Assembly: GCA_028707125.1 (NCBI GenBank)
Contig: JAQTUX010000001.1
Location: 269,639 to 333,638, forward strand
Source: Candidatus Omnitrophota bacterium
Lineage (GTDB): Bacteria; Omnitrophota; Gorgyraeia; Gygaellales; JAQTUX01
DNA: 64,000 bases
Direction of reading: 5' to 3'
Every line of letters starts with the position of its first letter. Within the stretch, counting starts at the first letter, position 1. Position numbers and translations under genes: made by a program. The notes under the pieces are model-generated. The model made no database searches, was not told the DNA's origin, and was given only the letters and a program-made list of their open reading frames with translations. Shown here piece by piece: positions 27,499 through 37,993 of this stretch.

Positions 27499-28494
27499 TT
27501 GATTATGCGCGCCGCTTACGATAGACCGCGTTTTTGCGACCTCGTCGTCACGGAGAACTGCATGTTGAGATGCCGGATGTGCAGGATGTGGCAGAGCAGG
27601 GCCGGAGGCGATGAGCTGCCCGTCGACGCATGGAAAGGGTTTATCGATTCCTTCGCGGATTTCGCGGGCGGCAATGCCCAGGTGCAGTTTGTCGGGGGAG
27701 AGCCGCTGCTTAAAAACGGGATAACAGGCCTTATCAGCCATGCCCGCAGCAGGGGGCTGGCAACCACCATGACCACCAATGCCTATCTTTTAGACGGGAA
27801 GGCATCCGGTGATATCGCGCTTTCAGGGTTGGGCACGCTGGTCCTGTCGCTGGACAGCCTGAAGGCGCAGGTCCACGATTTTCTGCGGGGACAGGCAGGC
27901 GTCTACGCGAGGGTAATGGCGGCACTGGATTTCTTCAGCAGGCACAAGGATGATCGCCCCCGCCTGCATATAGTCACCACCATAATGCAGCCGGATTTAG
28001 ACGGTGTCCTGGAGCTTGCCGAATGGGCAGAGGCCAACAGGGCGATAGACGCCATAAGTTTTCAGGCGGTGATGCAGCCATTTTTCATGCCGCCGGATGA
28101 TGCCTGGCATGAGAGAGAAGAGTTTGCCTTATTATGGCCGAAGGATGCGGAAAAAATTGACGAGGTCATGGACGGGCTTATACGCCGTAAACGTTCCGGT
28201 TTTAAGATAACCAACCCCGCGGCGCAGTTTGAGGTTTTCCGGTCTTATTTCAAAGACCCCCGGAGATTTGTGAAGGCCTCAAGATGCAATCTGGGGTATG
28301 ACTCGCTGACGGTGAATACGGCAGGCGGCATATTCCTGTGTAATTCAATGGAGCCCATAGGGAATATACGCGACGGGGCGGATATCGCGGAGTTATGGCA
28401 TTCAGAGAAGGCCGAACTCGTAAGGAAGCAGATCGGCGACTGCCGCCGCAACTGCAAGCTTATGATCAACTGTTTTTTTGACGATGAAGGATAA
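27499..28494 (+). CDS. Small MoaA/twitch-like radical SAM paralog 10
   Basis: PRFCDLVVTENCMLRCRMCRMW; VGGEPLL; LSLDSLKAQVHDFLRGQAG; CRRNCKLMINC. Confidence 0.8.
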   Translation: MIMRAAYDRPRFCDLVVTENCMLRCRMCRMWQSRAGGDELPVDAWKGFIDSFADFAGGNAQVQFVGGEPLLKNGITGLISHARSRGLATTMTTNAYLLDGKASGDIALSGLGTLVLSLDSLKAQVHDFLRGQAGVYARVMAALDFFSRHKDDRPRLHIVTTIMQPDLDGVLELAEWAEANRAIDAISFQAVMQPFFMPPDDAWHEREEFALLWPKDAEKIDEVMDGLIRRKRSGFKITNPAAQFEVFRSYFKDPRRFVKASRCNLGYDSLTVNTAGGIFLCNSMEPIGNIRDGADIAELWHSEKAELVRKQIGDCRRNCKLMINCFFDDEG

Positions 28495-30640
28495 TACCGA
28501 CGAATTCCAGCTGCACAAATTGATCCAGGCCCATCTTCAGGCCGGGGAATACGGCCCGGCCAGGGAGGCCTGCCGCCGGCTCTTGAAGATCAGGCCCTCA
28601 AGCATAGCCGCGCACCAGGAACTGGGCAACATACATCTTGAGGAAGGCGATCCTGCCGGGTCAATAAAATATTTCCGGAAGTCCCTGCGGCTGTGCGCGC
28701 GGCAGGGCGGCGGGGACGGGCCGTTAAATGTTTATATAAGGGAATCATATATCAATATGGGCCGGGCATATCTATCGATGAAAAAGTACGGCCGGGCGGT
28801 CAAGATGTTGAAGAAGGCGCTTGAATTAGCGCCGCGGGAGGAGAGGATATACAGATTCCTCGCCTCGGCATACCTTGAGGCGAAAGATTATGATGCGGCG
28901 GTAGATACCGCAGCCGGCCGTTTCAAATCCGCGGGAAAGATCAAGGCCTGCCAGGCGCAGGCCCGGATAAAGATGCTGCGCATCCCCAATTTTTACGGGC
29001 CCGATATCTTTTCCACGGAGATGAATTCCATTATGCTGCCGCCTCTGGCGCTGGGGAATATTGTCTCTTATGTCAGATCACGGGGGATCCCTATGGACCA
29101 GGACGATCTGCATATAAAAATACATCACGATAATTATTTCGGCGGCGGAGAGGAAAAGATAGACGAAGAGGTCTTCTTTGACGCCTCCAGGGTGGCCGGA
29201 TACGCCGGGGGAAACAGCGATCCGCTGATAGAAGGGATCATGGAAAGGGTATGCCGCAAAACCGGCATTGAAGGATACAGGATAATCCTTTTTTCTTTAG
29301 ACAGCTGTTCCATGAACGACAGCCATGCCTTGTTCGCCGTCTGCCTGGCAAGGTATCTAAAGAAGGTCTATGGCCCGATAATAATTTTAGGCGGGCTGAA
29401 TTATTTCCTGGACTTAACGCGCAAGATCGGCTGCCCGCGTTCGGACATAGATCATATAATAGGCAATGAAGGGGAGGAGGTTGTGGCAGAGTTGCTGGCT
29501 TCCTTATTGGATAACAAGGCATATTCAGGCACGGGCAGACAGGAGGGCGAGGGGGCCATTTATTCCCTGAAGGTCCCCGCTCCGGTAATGCCGGATTTTG
29601 AGGGGCTGCCCATTGACAAGTACCGCTATCGCGGCCTAAGGAGCGATTATTGCCCGGACGATGCGTTGAGCCGGGAAATAAAAGAATTCAACGATTCCCG
29701 GACATTGCTTCTGCCTTTCAGGTTCATAAAGGGCTGCACCAATAAATGTATATTTTGCGCCAGCTCCGCCGGCGGGCTGATCCATGTGGCGCCGCCCGCG
29801 GTCGCGGCCGAATGGCTCAAGCAGCTTCAGGAAAGATACGACCCGACAGGGTACCTTTTTCTTAACGATACTTTAAATATCTCCAAGAAATACGTTGACC
29901 GGTTTTGCGAAGAGGTGATAAAAAGAAAGATCGGGGCCCGCTGGTCTGATTGCGCGCGGGTGGACCGGCTGGATAAAGAATCCATATACAAAATGGCTGA
30001 AGCAGGATGCGTGCGGCTGGTATTCGGGATGGAGACCGCCAGCAGGCGGCTGCTGAAATATATCAATAAAGAAATAGACCTGGCCCAGCTGGAAAAGGCG
30101 CTTTACTGGGCTGACAAGGCCGGCATCTGGACAGGGGTGGAGATAATCAGCGGCCTGCCTTATGAGAAGGAAAGAGATGTCGAAGAGACGATCTCTTTCC
30201 TAAAACGCAACAGAGAGCATATTGACGCCTTTTACTATAACGCCTTTAATATAAAGGACACCTCCGCCATACGAGCGCACCCTGAAAAATACGGCATAAC
30301 CAATATATTTGAGCTATCCAGTTACGAAGAAGGGTTTTCCACATTTGTCAAATACGGCTTTGATGAAACGGGCGGACTGAAGTGGCCGGAGAAGAGGAGG
30401 CAGGTGGTCTCCAGTTTTAATAAGGTCATAGATGCCTTGGGGAGGCCTCCTTTTCCGGAACACGAATATGAAAGTTTTCTATTTTTCCTCTATTCCAAGT
30501 ACGCCGACAAGAGGGCCATAAGGGACATCTTTTATTCTGTAGGCAGGCACAAGAACGCATGCCTTGAGCTTTTCAGGAAGGCGAAGAGGAACGATCGGCA
30601 GCCCGGGCAAGCAGCCGAGAGGACACTGGTTTATGGTTGA
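28478..30640 (+). CDS. TPR-repeat / B12-binding-domain / radical SAM fusion protein (paralog A)
   Basis: N-terminal ~150 aa TPR-like (AHQELGNIHLEEGDPAGSIKYFRKSL..., YGRAVKMLKKALELAP). Middle Rossmann-like B12-binding region. Radical SAM FIKGCTNKCIFCASS. Start could be 28484 (Met two codons in). Confidence 0.75.
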   Translation: MTMKDNTDEFQLHKLIQAHLQAGEYGPAREACRRLLKIRPSSIAAHQELGNIHLEEGDPAGSIKYFRKSLRLCARQGGGDGPLNVYIRESYINMGRAYLSMKKYGRAVKMLKKALELAPREERIYRFLASAYLEAKDYDAAVDTAAGRFKSAGKIKACQAQARIKMLRIPNFYGPDIFSTEMNSIMLPPLALGNIVSYVRSRGIPMDQDDLHIKIHHDNYFGGGEEKIDEEVFFDASRVAGYAGGNSDPLIEGIMERVCRKTGIEGYRIILFSLDSCSMNDSHALFAVCLARYLKKVYGPIIILGGLNYFLDLTRKIGCPRSDIDHIIGNEGEEVVAELLASLLDNKAYSGTGRQEGEGAIYSLKVPAPVMPDFEGLPIDKYRYRGLRSDYCPDDALSREIKEFNDSRTLLLPFRFIKGCTNKCIFCASSAGGLIHVAPPAVAAEWLKQLQERYDPTGYLFLNDTLNISKKYVDRFCEEVIKRKIGARWSDCARVDRLDKESIYKMAEAGCVRLVFGMETASRRLLKYINKEIDLAQLEKALYWADKAGIWTGVEIISGLPYEKERDVEETISFLKRNREHIDAFYYNAFNIKDTSAIRAHPEKYGITNIFELSSYEEGFSTFVKYGFDETGGLKWPEKRRQVVSSFNKVIDALGRPPFPEHEYESFLFFLYSKYADKRAIRDIFYSVGRHKNACLELFRKAKRNDRQPGQAAERTLVYG

Positions 30641-32054
30641 CGGCAATAACGAGACAGGGATCCTTCTGGTGCAGTCCCCGCCCTGGGGCGTTTATGCCCC
30701 GCCGCTGGGGATCGCCTACCTTTCCGCTTTTCTTAGGTCCGGCAGGCCGGGCGCGATGATATACGACTTGAATATGGAGATATTCCGCGGCTGTCCCGAA
30801 CGGATCAGGGCAAAATGGGATACGGGAGATTTTGAGTTCTGGGCATCCGGAAAGGCGGCGCAGGAGTTACGGGGGTCATTGGACGGGCTGGCGGAGGGGA
30901 TAATTTCTTACGGCGCCTCCGTGATCGGGTTTTCCGCAACTTTTGCCTCCGCGCCGTTTCTGAACGCGTTTATCCCCATGCTCAGGAAAAAGTCGGACAG
31001 GAAGTTGACGATCATAGTCGGCGGCGGCGGCGCCAGCTATGCCCAGACACGGTCGTTATTTACCGACGGCACGATCGATTATTTTGTGATCGGAGAAGGA
31101 GAGCGCGTTTTATCCGATTTGTTGGCTGAGATACGCGGGGGCGGCTTTAACAGCGCTCCGGCGGGTTGCATAAGCTGGAAGGATGTATCCGGCAGCCACG
31201 CCGTCTGTATAGCGGCGGACAAAAACAATACCGATATCAACACAATACCGTTTCCTACCTTTGAGGAATTTGACTTGAGTTATTACACTCAGGACGACCT
31301 TATCCCGCTCATAACCAGCCGCGGCTGCATACGTAATTGTATCTTCTGCTGCGATTCACCGCTGAAGAGGCCTTATCGCTGCCGCCGGCCGCGGGCGGTA
31401 GCGGATGAGATGGCTTATCATGTGAAGCGATACAAAAGAAAAAGATTTGAATTCAGCGACCTGTTGATAAACGGAGACCTGGGCTTCCTGGATGAGCTCT
31501 GCGACTGCCTGATCGCCATGGATATGGGAGTCGCCTGGGGCGGCCAGGCGACCATCAGAAGAGATATGGGCCGCGGCTTGTTGGGTAAAATGAAGGCAGC
31601 CGGCTGCGGAGGGTTGACATTCGGTGTTGAAAGTTGCTCCGACAGGGTGCTGGAGCTGATAGGCAAGGGCGTCAGCGCCGCGGACATCCGCAGGGGCCTG
31701 GCGCGGGCAAAGGATTCCGGCATGCAGGTAGAGATAAACCTTATCGTCGGCTTTCCCGGGGAGGCAGAGGAAGATATTGATGAGACGATAGATTTCATAA
31801 GGAAGAACGCGCCGTCCATTGATAAGATAAACAGCCTGAATATCTGCACCATAGGCCCCGGCACGCATATTTATGAGCATCTTCAGGACTATAATATAGA
31901 TAAGGATATGATAACGGACTGGTATGCCTGGTTCACCAGGGATATGTCCAATACGCTTGAGGTGAGGATGGCAAGGCACCGCCGGATATTATCGCTTTGT
32001 TCGGAATTGAACCTCGCGCCCGCCTGGCAGAATGTGAAAAAGAGCGATGTTTAA
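30633..32054 (+). CDS. B12-binding (class B) radical SAM protein
   Basis: ILLVQSPPWGVYAPPLGIAYL (B12-binding domain N-terminus); radical SAM TSRGCIRNCIFCCDS; GVESCSDRVLELIGKG. Start set at the Met at 30633, just before the upstream stop (ORF track begins at 30564). Confidence 0.8.
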   Translation: MVDGNNETGILLVQSPPWGVYAPPLGIAYLSAFLRSGRPGAMIYDLNMEIFRGCPERIRAKWDTGDFEFWASGKAAQELRGSLDGLAEGIISYGASVIGFSATFASAPFLNAFIPMLRKKSDRKLTIIVGGGGASYAQTRSLFTDGTIDYFVIGEGERVLSDLLAEIRGGGFNSAPAGCISWKDVSGSHAVCIAADKNNTDINTIPFPTFEEFDLSYYTQDDLIPLITSRGCIRNCIFCCDSPLKRPYRCRRPRAVADEMAYHVKRYKRKRFEFSDLLINGDLGFLDELCDCLIAMDMGVAWGGQATIRRDMGRGLLGKMKAAGCGGLTFGVESCSDRVLELIGKGVSAADIRRGLARAKDSGMQVEINLIVGFPGEAEEDIDETIDFIRKNAPSIDKINSLNICTIGPGTHIYEHLQDYNIDKDMITDWYAWFTRDMSNTLEVRMARHRRILSLCSELNLAPAWQNVKKSDV

Positions 32055-33357
32055 AAAGGCGCTTTCTTTTATATTTATCACGCTCTCTACCATCTTTTTA
32101 TTAGAGGCAGGCCTTAGATCCGGCGGATACCTTGTTCTGAAGTTTAACCCGCCCTCGCAAAGCGGCCGCCTGAAACAAGGGGGAGAAACAGTCATTCTTT
32201 GTTTGGGGGATTCTTTTACCTTCGGAGTAGGCGCCGCCTATCAGGATAGCTATCCGCGGCAGCTGGAAGGCATGCTTAAGGAGAGGTTCCCCCGGAAGTC
32301 CATCAAGGTTTATAATCTGGGTATCCCCGGGAGTAATTCCTCGCAGCTTGAGAGCGGGCTTCAACGGGATATCGATAAATACCATCCGGACCTGGTAATA
32401 GTCATGTCCGGACGCAATGATATCTGGAATATGGCCGGAGCCGGCAGGCCGGTTTTTTTACTGAGCGGATCGCGTTTATATAAATTGATAAAGGCCGCGC
32501 AGGCAAATATAGCGGCCAAGATGAGAAAGATTGAGGAAAATGAACGCGCCTTAGCGCCGAGAAAGGCGCCGCCGGAGGCAAGCCGGTTGATTACGCAGGG
32601 CCATGACTTGAAGGAGCAAGGAAGGTATGATCTGGCGAAGGAGTGTTTTCTTGAGGCGCTGCGTATCGACCCGGGCAATCCCGACGCCAACCGGCAACTG
32701 GGCACTATTTATAGAGAGGGGGCGGAATACGAGCTGGCTGAGAAGTGTTTGACTGAAGCGGTGAGGCAGGGTTATGGCGGGGATGGGAATATCTATGTGG
32801 AATTGGGTATGGTCCACAGGATACAGAACAGGCCCGGGTTGGTCCGGGAGGAGTTAAGGCGGGCATTGGTGGACCCGCGCGCGGCAGCGCTTGCCTTTAT
32901 TGAATTTCAGCAGACCTGTGCCGACAGCAGCGAGTTTTATAAAGAGATGGAGGCCTTCAGCGCGGGGCTTAAGGACAGGGGGAGTCGCAGGATGATCAAG
33001 GCCATGATAGCATTGCACAGGGACAAAGAGGCGATAGCGGCAATAATGCGCGATAACTTCCTGAAGATATATAAGGCCTGCAGGGATAACGGTGTCGGGC
33101 TGATATTGCAGACATATCCGGAAACGGAGAACGTAGCGGAAGGTGTAAGGCATATAGCCGATAGATACGATATCCCCACGGTGGACAACCATCTGGTATT
33201 TGAGAAAGAATTGAATGGCCGCGATAGAAGGGAGTTTTTTGTAAGCGATGACCATTGCAATGCCGAGGGGTACCGGCTTATCGCGGAGGGCGTATACGAG
33301 GCCATGATCAGGGAAGGGATGATTGATGATACCGTCGCCATCGCCGCAAAAAATTAA
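32047..33357 (+). CDS. Membrane-anchored SGNH/GDSL-family hydrolase with TPR-like insert (paralog 2)
   Basis: N-terminal TM; ILCLGDSFTFGVGAAYQDSYP; LVIVMSGRNDIWN; FVSDDHCNAEGY; central TPR-like region (ECFLEALRIDPGNPDANRQLGTIYREGAEYELAEKCLTEAV). Confidence 0.7.
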   Translation: MFKKALSFIFITLSTIFLLEAGLRSGGYLVLKFNPPSQSGRLKQGGETVILCLGDSFTFGVGAAYQDSYPRQLEGMLKERFPRKSIKVYNLGIPGSNSSQLESGLQRDIDKYHPDLVIVMSGRNDIWNMAGAGRPVFLLSGSRLYKLIKAAQANIAAKMRKIEENERALAPRKAPPEASRLITQGHDLKEQGRYDLAKECFLEALRIDPGNPDANRQLGTIYREGAEYELAEKCLTEAVRQGYGGDGNIYVELGMVHRIQNRPGLVREELRRALVDPRAAALAFIEFQQTCADSSEFYKEMEAFSAGLKDRGSRRMIKAMIALHRDKEAIAAIMRDNFLKIYKACRDNGVGLILQTYPETENVAEGVRHIADRYDIPTVDNHLVFEKELNGRDRREFFVSDDHCNAEGYRLIAEGVYEAMIREGMIDDTVAIAAKN

Positions 33358-34357
33358 CGAGCCAAAGAGTTGCGTCATACTGCTCACTCTTGGATGCGTT
33401 CTAAGATGCAGGATGTGCCATCTCTGGAAGAACGACGAGGCAGGGATAAAAAAGCCCGGCCTGCAGGACTGGAAGGATTTTATTTCTTCCATAAACAGGC
33501 CGCGGGATCCCGAATTTACGGTCATATTCGGCGGAGGAGAGCCGATGCTGTTTCCCGATACCCTGATAGAGTTGATCCGCTTCTGCCGCGCAAGAGGATT
33601 CAGGACCTCTCTGGCGACAAGCGGATATTTCATAGATGAAGCAATGGCTAAACGCCTGGCAGATTCAGGGTTAAACTATATAGCCCTTACTTTATACAGT
33701 TTAAATGAAAAGACCCATAATTTTTTGCGCGGTATGCCCGACAGCTATGACAAGCTCATACGGGCGATCGGCTATCTTGCCGGACAGCGCGCCTCTCTCG
33801 AAACAGCCATAGACACCGTGATCATGGCGCCTAATCTGGGAGAGGTCTTAGAATTGGCGGATTGGGTAAAGGGCGACGGAAGGATATCTTCCGTTTTCTT
33901 CCAGTCGGTTGTGCAGCCGTTCCATACGCCGGCGCTGGAAGAGTGGTATAAGTCAGGGGAATACGGATTCTTATGGCCAAAGGACGCCGCTCAGGTGGAT
34001 TCCGTCATTGACGGATTGATAGAAAGGAAGGAGCGCCTGGGGGAGGGAAGGGGCAGGATCAATAATCCCGTTTCGCAGCTTAAACTTTTCAAGGCCTATT
34101 TCAGGGACCCGCGCAAGTTTATAAAACGTTACTCCTGCAACGTTATTAATGACAGCGCCTTTACCGTGTCTCCCGACGGAGGAGTGAATCTTTGCCCGTA
34201 TATGAAGCCCATCGGCAATATACGCGGCGGCTCCCTGCGCGATATCTGGCATTCGCAGGAGGCGCTGGCCAGGCGGGATGATATAGCGCGGTGTAAAAAG
34301 AACTGCCACCACATAATCAATTGCTGGTATGAGGAAGAAAAGGCGGTATGTGCTTAG
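33323..34357 (+). CDS. Small MoaA/twitch-like radical SAM paralog 11
   Basis: PKSCVILLTLGCVLRCRMCHLW; GGGEPML; ATSGYFIDEAMAKRLADSGL; CKKNCHHIINC. Confidence 0.8.
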   Translation: MMIPSPSPQKINEPKSCVILLTLGCVLRCRMCHLWKNDEAGIKKPGLQDWKDFISSINRPRDPEFTVIFGGGEPMLFPDTLIELIRFCRARGFRTSLATSGYFIDEAMAKRLADSGLNYIALTLYSLNEKTHNFLRGMPDSYDKLIRAIGYLAGQRASLETAIDTVIMAPNLGEVLELADWVKGDGRISSVFFQSVVQPFHTPALEEWYKSGEYGFLWPKDAAQVDSVIDGLIERKERLGEGRGRINNPVSQLKLFKAYFRDPRKFIKRYSCNVINDSAFTVSPDGGVNLCPYMKPIGNIRGGSLRDIWHSQEALARRDDIARCKKNCHHIINCWYEEEKAVCA

Positions 34358-36402
34358 ATAGTGAAAACGGCCATATAATATCCGGCAACCGGTATCTGGA
34401 CAGAAAGAAATACAGCCGGGCGCTGGAAGAATTCAATAAGGCGCTGGATGCTGACCCGCGCAACGAATACGCCTATCAGGGGCTGGGGCATCTATATCTG
34501 CAGCAGGGAAAATATGAGCAGGCATTAGAGGCATTCCGGAAGGGGCTGCGGATCAACAGCCGGAATCAGTATATACATCAGGGTTTAGGGTATATATACC
34601 TGGAACAGGGCTCATATGATGCTGCAGAGCGGGAGTTTGAGGTGACCCTGCGGCTGGGCGGAGATAATATGTTCGCCCGTAGGATGCTGGGATATATCTA
34701 TAAGAGAAAGGGAAAGGACGAGGCGGCGGCGTCGGAATTCATAAAGGCGACGGAATTATATCTGGGAAGAGAGGAAAATAATAAAAGGCCGGCTTCGGGA
34801 GACGGCCGCCGGGATTGGAAGGTCAAGCTGTTAAGGATGCCCGGCTTTCCCGACGAAAATGATATCGGCGGCAGGCAGCTGAATTACTGCCTGCTACCGC
34901 CTCTGGCGCTGGGCTGCCTTACCGGTTTTCTGAGGCAGAACGGGTTTGATATCGATCAGGATGACCTGAACATAAAGATCCATTACGATAATAAATATTG
35001 CGATGACGCCGGAGATAAGGTAGATATCTCCGTTTTTTACGATGAGGGCAGGATACTGAGGTGGCTGCGGGAAGGAGGAGACGGGTATTTAGATTCGGTT
35101 ATGGAGGCAGTCGGGCGCAAGACAGGGTTGAGCGGATACCCGGTCGTCTTATTGTCGCTGCCCGCGTTTTTCAATAATTCCGGCTGTCTTATGTTCACCC
35201 TGGCGCTGGCAAGATTCCTCAAGAATAGACACAATCCCGTCCTGGTTTTAGGGGGAGCCAATCAATCGGTTGAATTGTTGAGCAAGTATGACAGGCGTGA
35301 CATAGATTTTGTGATCTACGGTGACGGAGAGGTGGCGCTGCTTGAACTACTTGGGGCCATAAGACAGGATGCCGACCCCGGGGAGTGCCTGTATTCCTGC
35401 GTTAAAGAAGAGGGCAGGTTTATGGCAACAGAGGTCCATCCTCCGCTTAAGCCGGATTTTTCCGGACTGCCCATGGACAAATACAGGCATGAGGGGACGC
35501 TGCTTCTTTTGTTTAAGTTTATCAAGGGATGCGCCCATGAATGCGTTTTCTGCCCTGAATCCACAAACAGACTGGTTTATGTTTTGAAGCCGGAGAAGGC
35601 AGCCGGTTATTTAAAAGAGCTTCAGGAAAAATACAACCCCACAGGATTTTTCTTCTTAAGCGATACCATAAATATCTCCAGGGGTTTCCTTAATGAGTTT
35701 TGTGATGAGATAATCGGCAGCGGAACGGACATACTCTGGACCGACAGCGCGCGCGCGGACAACCTGGACAGGGATACGCTTTTTAAGATGCGCCGCGCCG
35801 GATGCATACGCCTGGTCTTCGGCATGGAGACGGCCAGCCCGGGATTGTTGAGGTATGTGGACAAGCGCATCAGTTTAAGGCGGCTGGAAGATGTATTGAG
35901 ATGGGCTGATGAGGCCGGGATATGGACGGGGGTGGAGATAATCTGCGGCCTGCCGCACGAGAAAGAAAGAGATGTTGACGAGACGGTATCCTTTTTGAAC
36001 AGGAACAAGGAGTTTATAAACAGCGCGTATTTTAATCAATTCGGCCTCAGGGACGGCAGCGTGCTTATGCGCAGCCCGGAAAGGTTCGGGATTGAAAATA
36101 TAAAAGAGATATGCCAATACGCGGACGGGGAATTTACCTATTTTCATAAATACGGATACGACGAGACAGGCGGCCTTCAATGGCAGGAAAAGAAGAGGCA
36201 GATCATTGCCGCGCATAAAAAGCTCATTAATAATACCTGCTGGCAGAGCGCCTTTCCCATCTATGAGTTTGAGCATGTTTTGTTTTCGCTTTATTCCAGG
36301 TTCGCTGATAAAAAGGCGGTTTCCGGCATATTCAATGAGATGCTGAAAGAGAGGAATTATCAGAGGCAACAATCTACAGACCATGCCAAAGCGCGGTATT
36401 AA
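34348..36402 (+). CDS. TPR-repeat / B12-binding-domain / radical SAM fusion protein (paralog B)
   Basis: N-terminal TPRs (YAYQGLGHLYLQQGKYEQALEAFRKGLRINSRNQYIHQGLGYIYLEQGSYDAAEREF). FIKGCAHECVFCPEST. Shares long collinear similarity with 28478-30640 (e.g. GIWTGVEIICGLPHEKERDVDETVSFLNRNKE). Confidence 0.75.
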   Translation: MCLDSENGHIISGNRYLDRKKYSRALEEFNKALDADPRNEYAYQGLGHLYLQQGKYEQALEAFRKGLRINSRNQYIHQGLGYIYLEQGSYDAAEREFEVTLRLGGDNMFARRMLGYIYKRKGKDEAAASEFIKATELYLGREENNKRPASGDGRRDWKVKLLRMPGFPDENDIGGRQLNYCLLPPLALGCLTGFLRQNGFDIDQDDLNIKIHYDNKYCDDAGDKVDISVFYDEGRILRWLREGGDGYLDSVMEAVGRKTGLSGYPVVLLSLPAFFNNSGCLMFTLALARFLKNRHNPVLVLGGANQSVELLSKYDRRDIDFVIYGDGEVALLELLGAIRQDADPGECLYSCVKEEGRFMATEVHPPLKPDFSGLPMDKYRHEGTLLLLFKFIKGCAHECVFCPESTNRLVYVLKPEKAAGYLKELQEKYNPTGFFFLSDTINISRGFLNEFCDEIIGSGTDILWTDSARADNLDRDTLFKMRRAGCIRLVFGMETASPGLLRYVDKRISLRRLEDVLRWADEAGIWTGVEIICGLPHEKERDVDETVSFLNRNKEFINSAYFNQFGLRDGSVLMRSPERFGIENIKEICQYADGEFTYFHKYGYDETGGLQWQEKKRQIIAAHKKLINNTCWQSAFPIYEFEHVLFSLYSRFADKKAVSGIFNEMLKERNYQRQQSTDHAKARY

Positions 36403-37993
36403 AGTCATAAGATTGCCCGGTTTTTTCAAGAAGCGGCAATTCTCTTCAGGGCCGAATTGCTGCCTGATACCTCCTTTGGGACTGGGGCTTATCAGCGCGC
36501 ACCTTCGCTCCAAAGATATGCCGGTAGAGCAGGCGGATCTCAATATTGAGATCCATCACAATAATTACTATTCCGATTCAGCCGCGGACAAGATTGATAC
36601 CGAGGTATTTTTTGACCTGCCGCGCGTAGAGAGATACGCGCTTGGCGGCAGCGATCAATATATAGATTCTATTATGGACAGGGCAGCCGGTAAGGCCGGG
36701 GTGGGCCAGGGGCAGTTTATGCTTCTTTCTCTGCCGGACAATATCGAGAATGAAACAAACCTTTCTTTCGCGCTGGCCTTTACGCGTTTTATCAAAGACC
36801 GATACGGCACCATAAACATATTGGGCGGGCAGGGGCCGTGGCTGGGCCATATGCGTTCCCGGTATGGCTGCCGAAATATAGATCATATCCTGCGCGGCGA
36901 CGGCGAATACCTTCTTGACCGGATTTTTGACGCGCCGGAAGCGGGCCCCGCGTTCTCCGGCGGGCCGTATCTGTCGGTTGAAGACGGCGGCAAGGTGATA
37001 ACTTCAAATAAGATATGCAGGCCGATCAAACCCGATTTCTCCGGCCTGCCCATGGACAAATACAGGTCCAGGCAGGAGGTGCTGGAGCATCCGCGGGAGC
37101 TTGGGGGTTTAATGGATGAATTCCAGAAAAATGGGGCGTTGCTTTTGCCGTACAGGTTTATCAGGGGATGCCCCTTTGAGTGCATCTTTTGTGTTTCCTC
37201 AACCCAGAGTTTAAGCCACGCGCTTTCTCCGGCGGAGATCGCCGGGCACCTGGAGTCCATGCAGGAACAATACCGGCCGGACGGGTTCTTCTTTTTGAAC
37301 GATACCATAAATATATCCAGGAAGTTCATAAATGAATTGTGCGATGAGATATTAAACCGCGGGCTTAAGGTCTTGTGGAGCGACTGCGCCAGGGCGGACA
37401 ACCTGGACAGGGACACGCTTTTTAAGATGCGCCGCGCCGGATGCATACGCCTGATCTTCGGGATGGAGACGGCCAGCCCCCGTTTGCTGAAGTACATAAA
37501 TAAACGGGTGGACCTGGCGCAGCTGGAGAACGTCCTGCGCTGGTCTGATGAGGCCGGCATCTGGACCGGGGTTGAGGTGATCTGCGGTTTCCCCCACGAG
37601 CGGGAGGAAGACATACGGGCCACGATCTCGTTCCTGAATAAAAATGAGGAATATATCAACCGCGTGTACCTGAATCATTTTGACCTGAGGCAGGGCAGCA
37701 TGCTTTACGATTCTCCCCGGAAATACGGCCTGAAGCGGGTCATTGAAGTCAATCAATGCACGCAGAGGGATTTCAGCAGTTATGTTCAGTTTGGCTTTGA
37801 CGAAGACGGGGGGCTGGCCTGGGAAGAAAAAGAGAGGCAGATGGAGCGTTCCCTGGGAATGGTCCGGGACAGCTGCGCGCGGGGCTCGAGGTTTTTTACA
37901 GACGAGCATCTTTTATTTTTTCTTTATTCCAGGTTCAGCGATAAGGAGAGGATAAGATCCATTTATCTCAAGATCCTCAAACAGGAGGGGTGA
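36383..37993 (+). CDS. B12-binding radical SAM protein (paralog of the C-terminal two-thirds of 34348/28478, no TPR)
   Basis: FIRGCPFECIFCVSSTQS; RAGCIRLIFGMETASPRLLKYINKRVDLAQLENVLRWSDEAGIWTGVEVICGFPHEREED is almost identical in pattern to the upstream gene. Confidence 0.8.
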   Translation: MPKRGIKVIRLPGFFKKRQFSSGPNCCLIPPLGLGLISAHLRSKDMPVEQADLNIEIHHNNYYSDSAADKIDTEVFFDLPRVERYALGGSDQYIDSIMDRAAGKAGVGQGQFMLLSLPDNIENETNLSFALAFTRFIKDRYGTINILGGQGPWLGHMRSRYGCRNIDHILRGDGEYLLDRIFDAPEAGPAFSGGPYLSVEDGGKVITSNKICRPIKPDFSGLPMDKYRSRQEVLEHPRELGGLMDEFQKNGALLLPYRFIRGCPFECIFCVSSTQSLSHALSPAEIAGHLESMQEQYRPDGFFFLNDTINISRKFINELCDEILNRGLKVLWSDCARADNLDRDTLFKMRRAGCIRLIFGMETASPRLLKYINKRVDLAQLENVLRWSDEAGIWTGVEVICGFPHEREEDIRATISFLNKNEEYINRVYLNHFDLRQGSMLYDSPRKYGLKRVIEVNQCTQRDFSSYVQFGFDEDGGLAWEEKERQMERSLGMVRDSCARGSRFFTDEHLLFFLYSRFSDKERIRSIYLKILKQEG

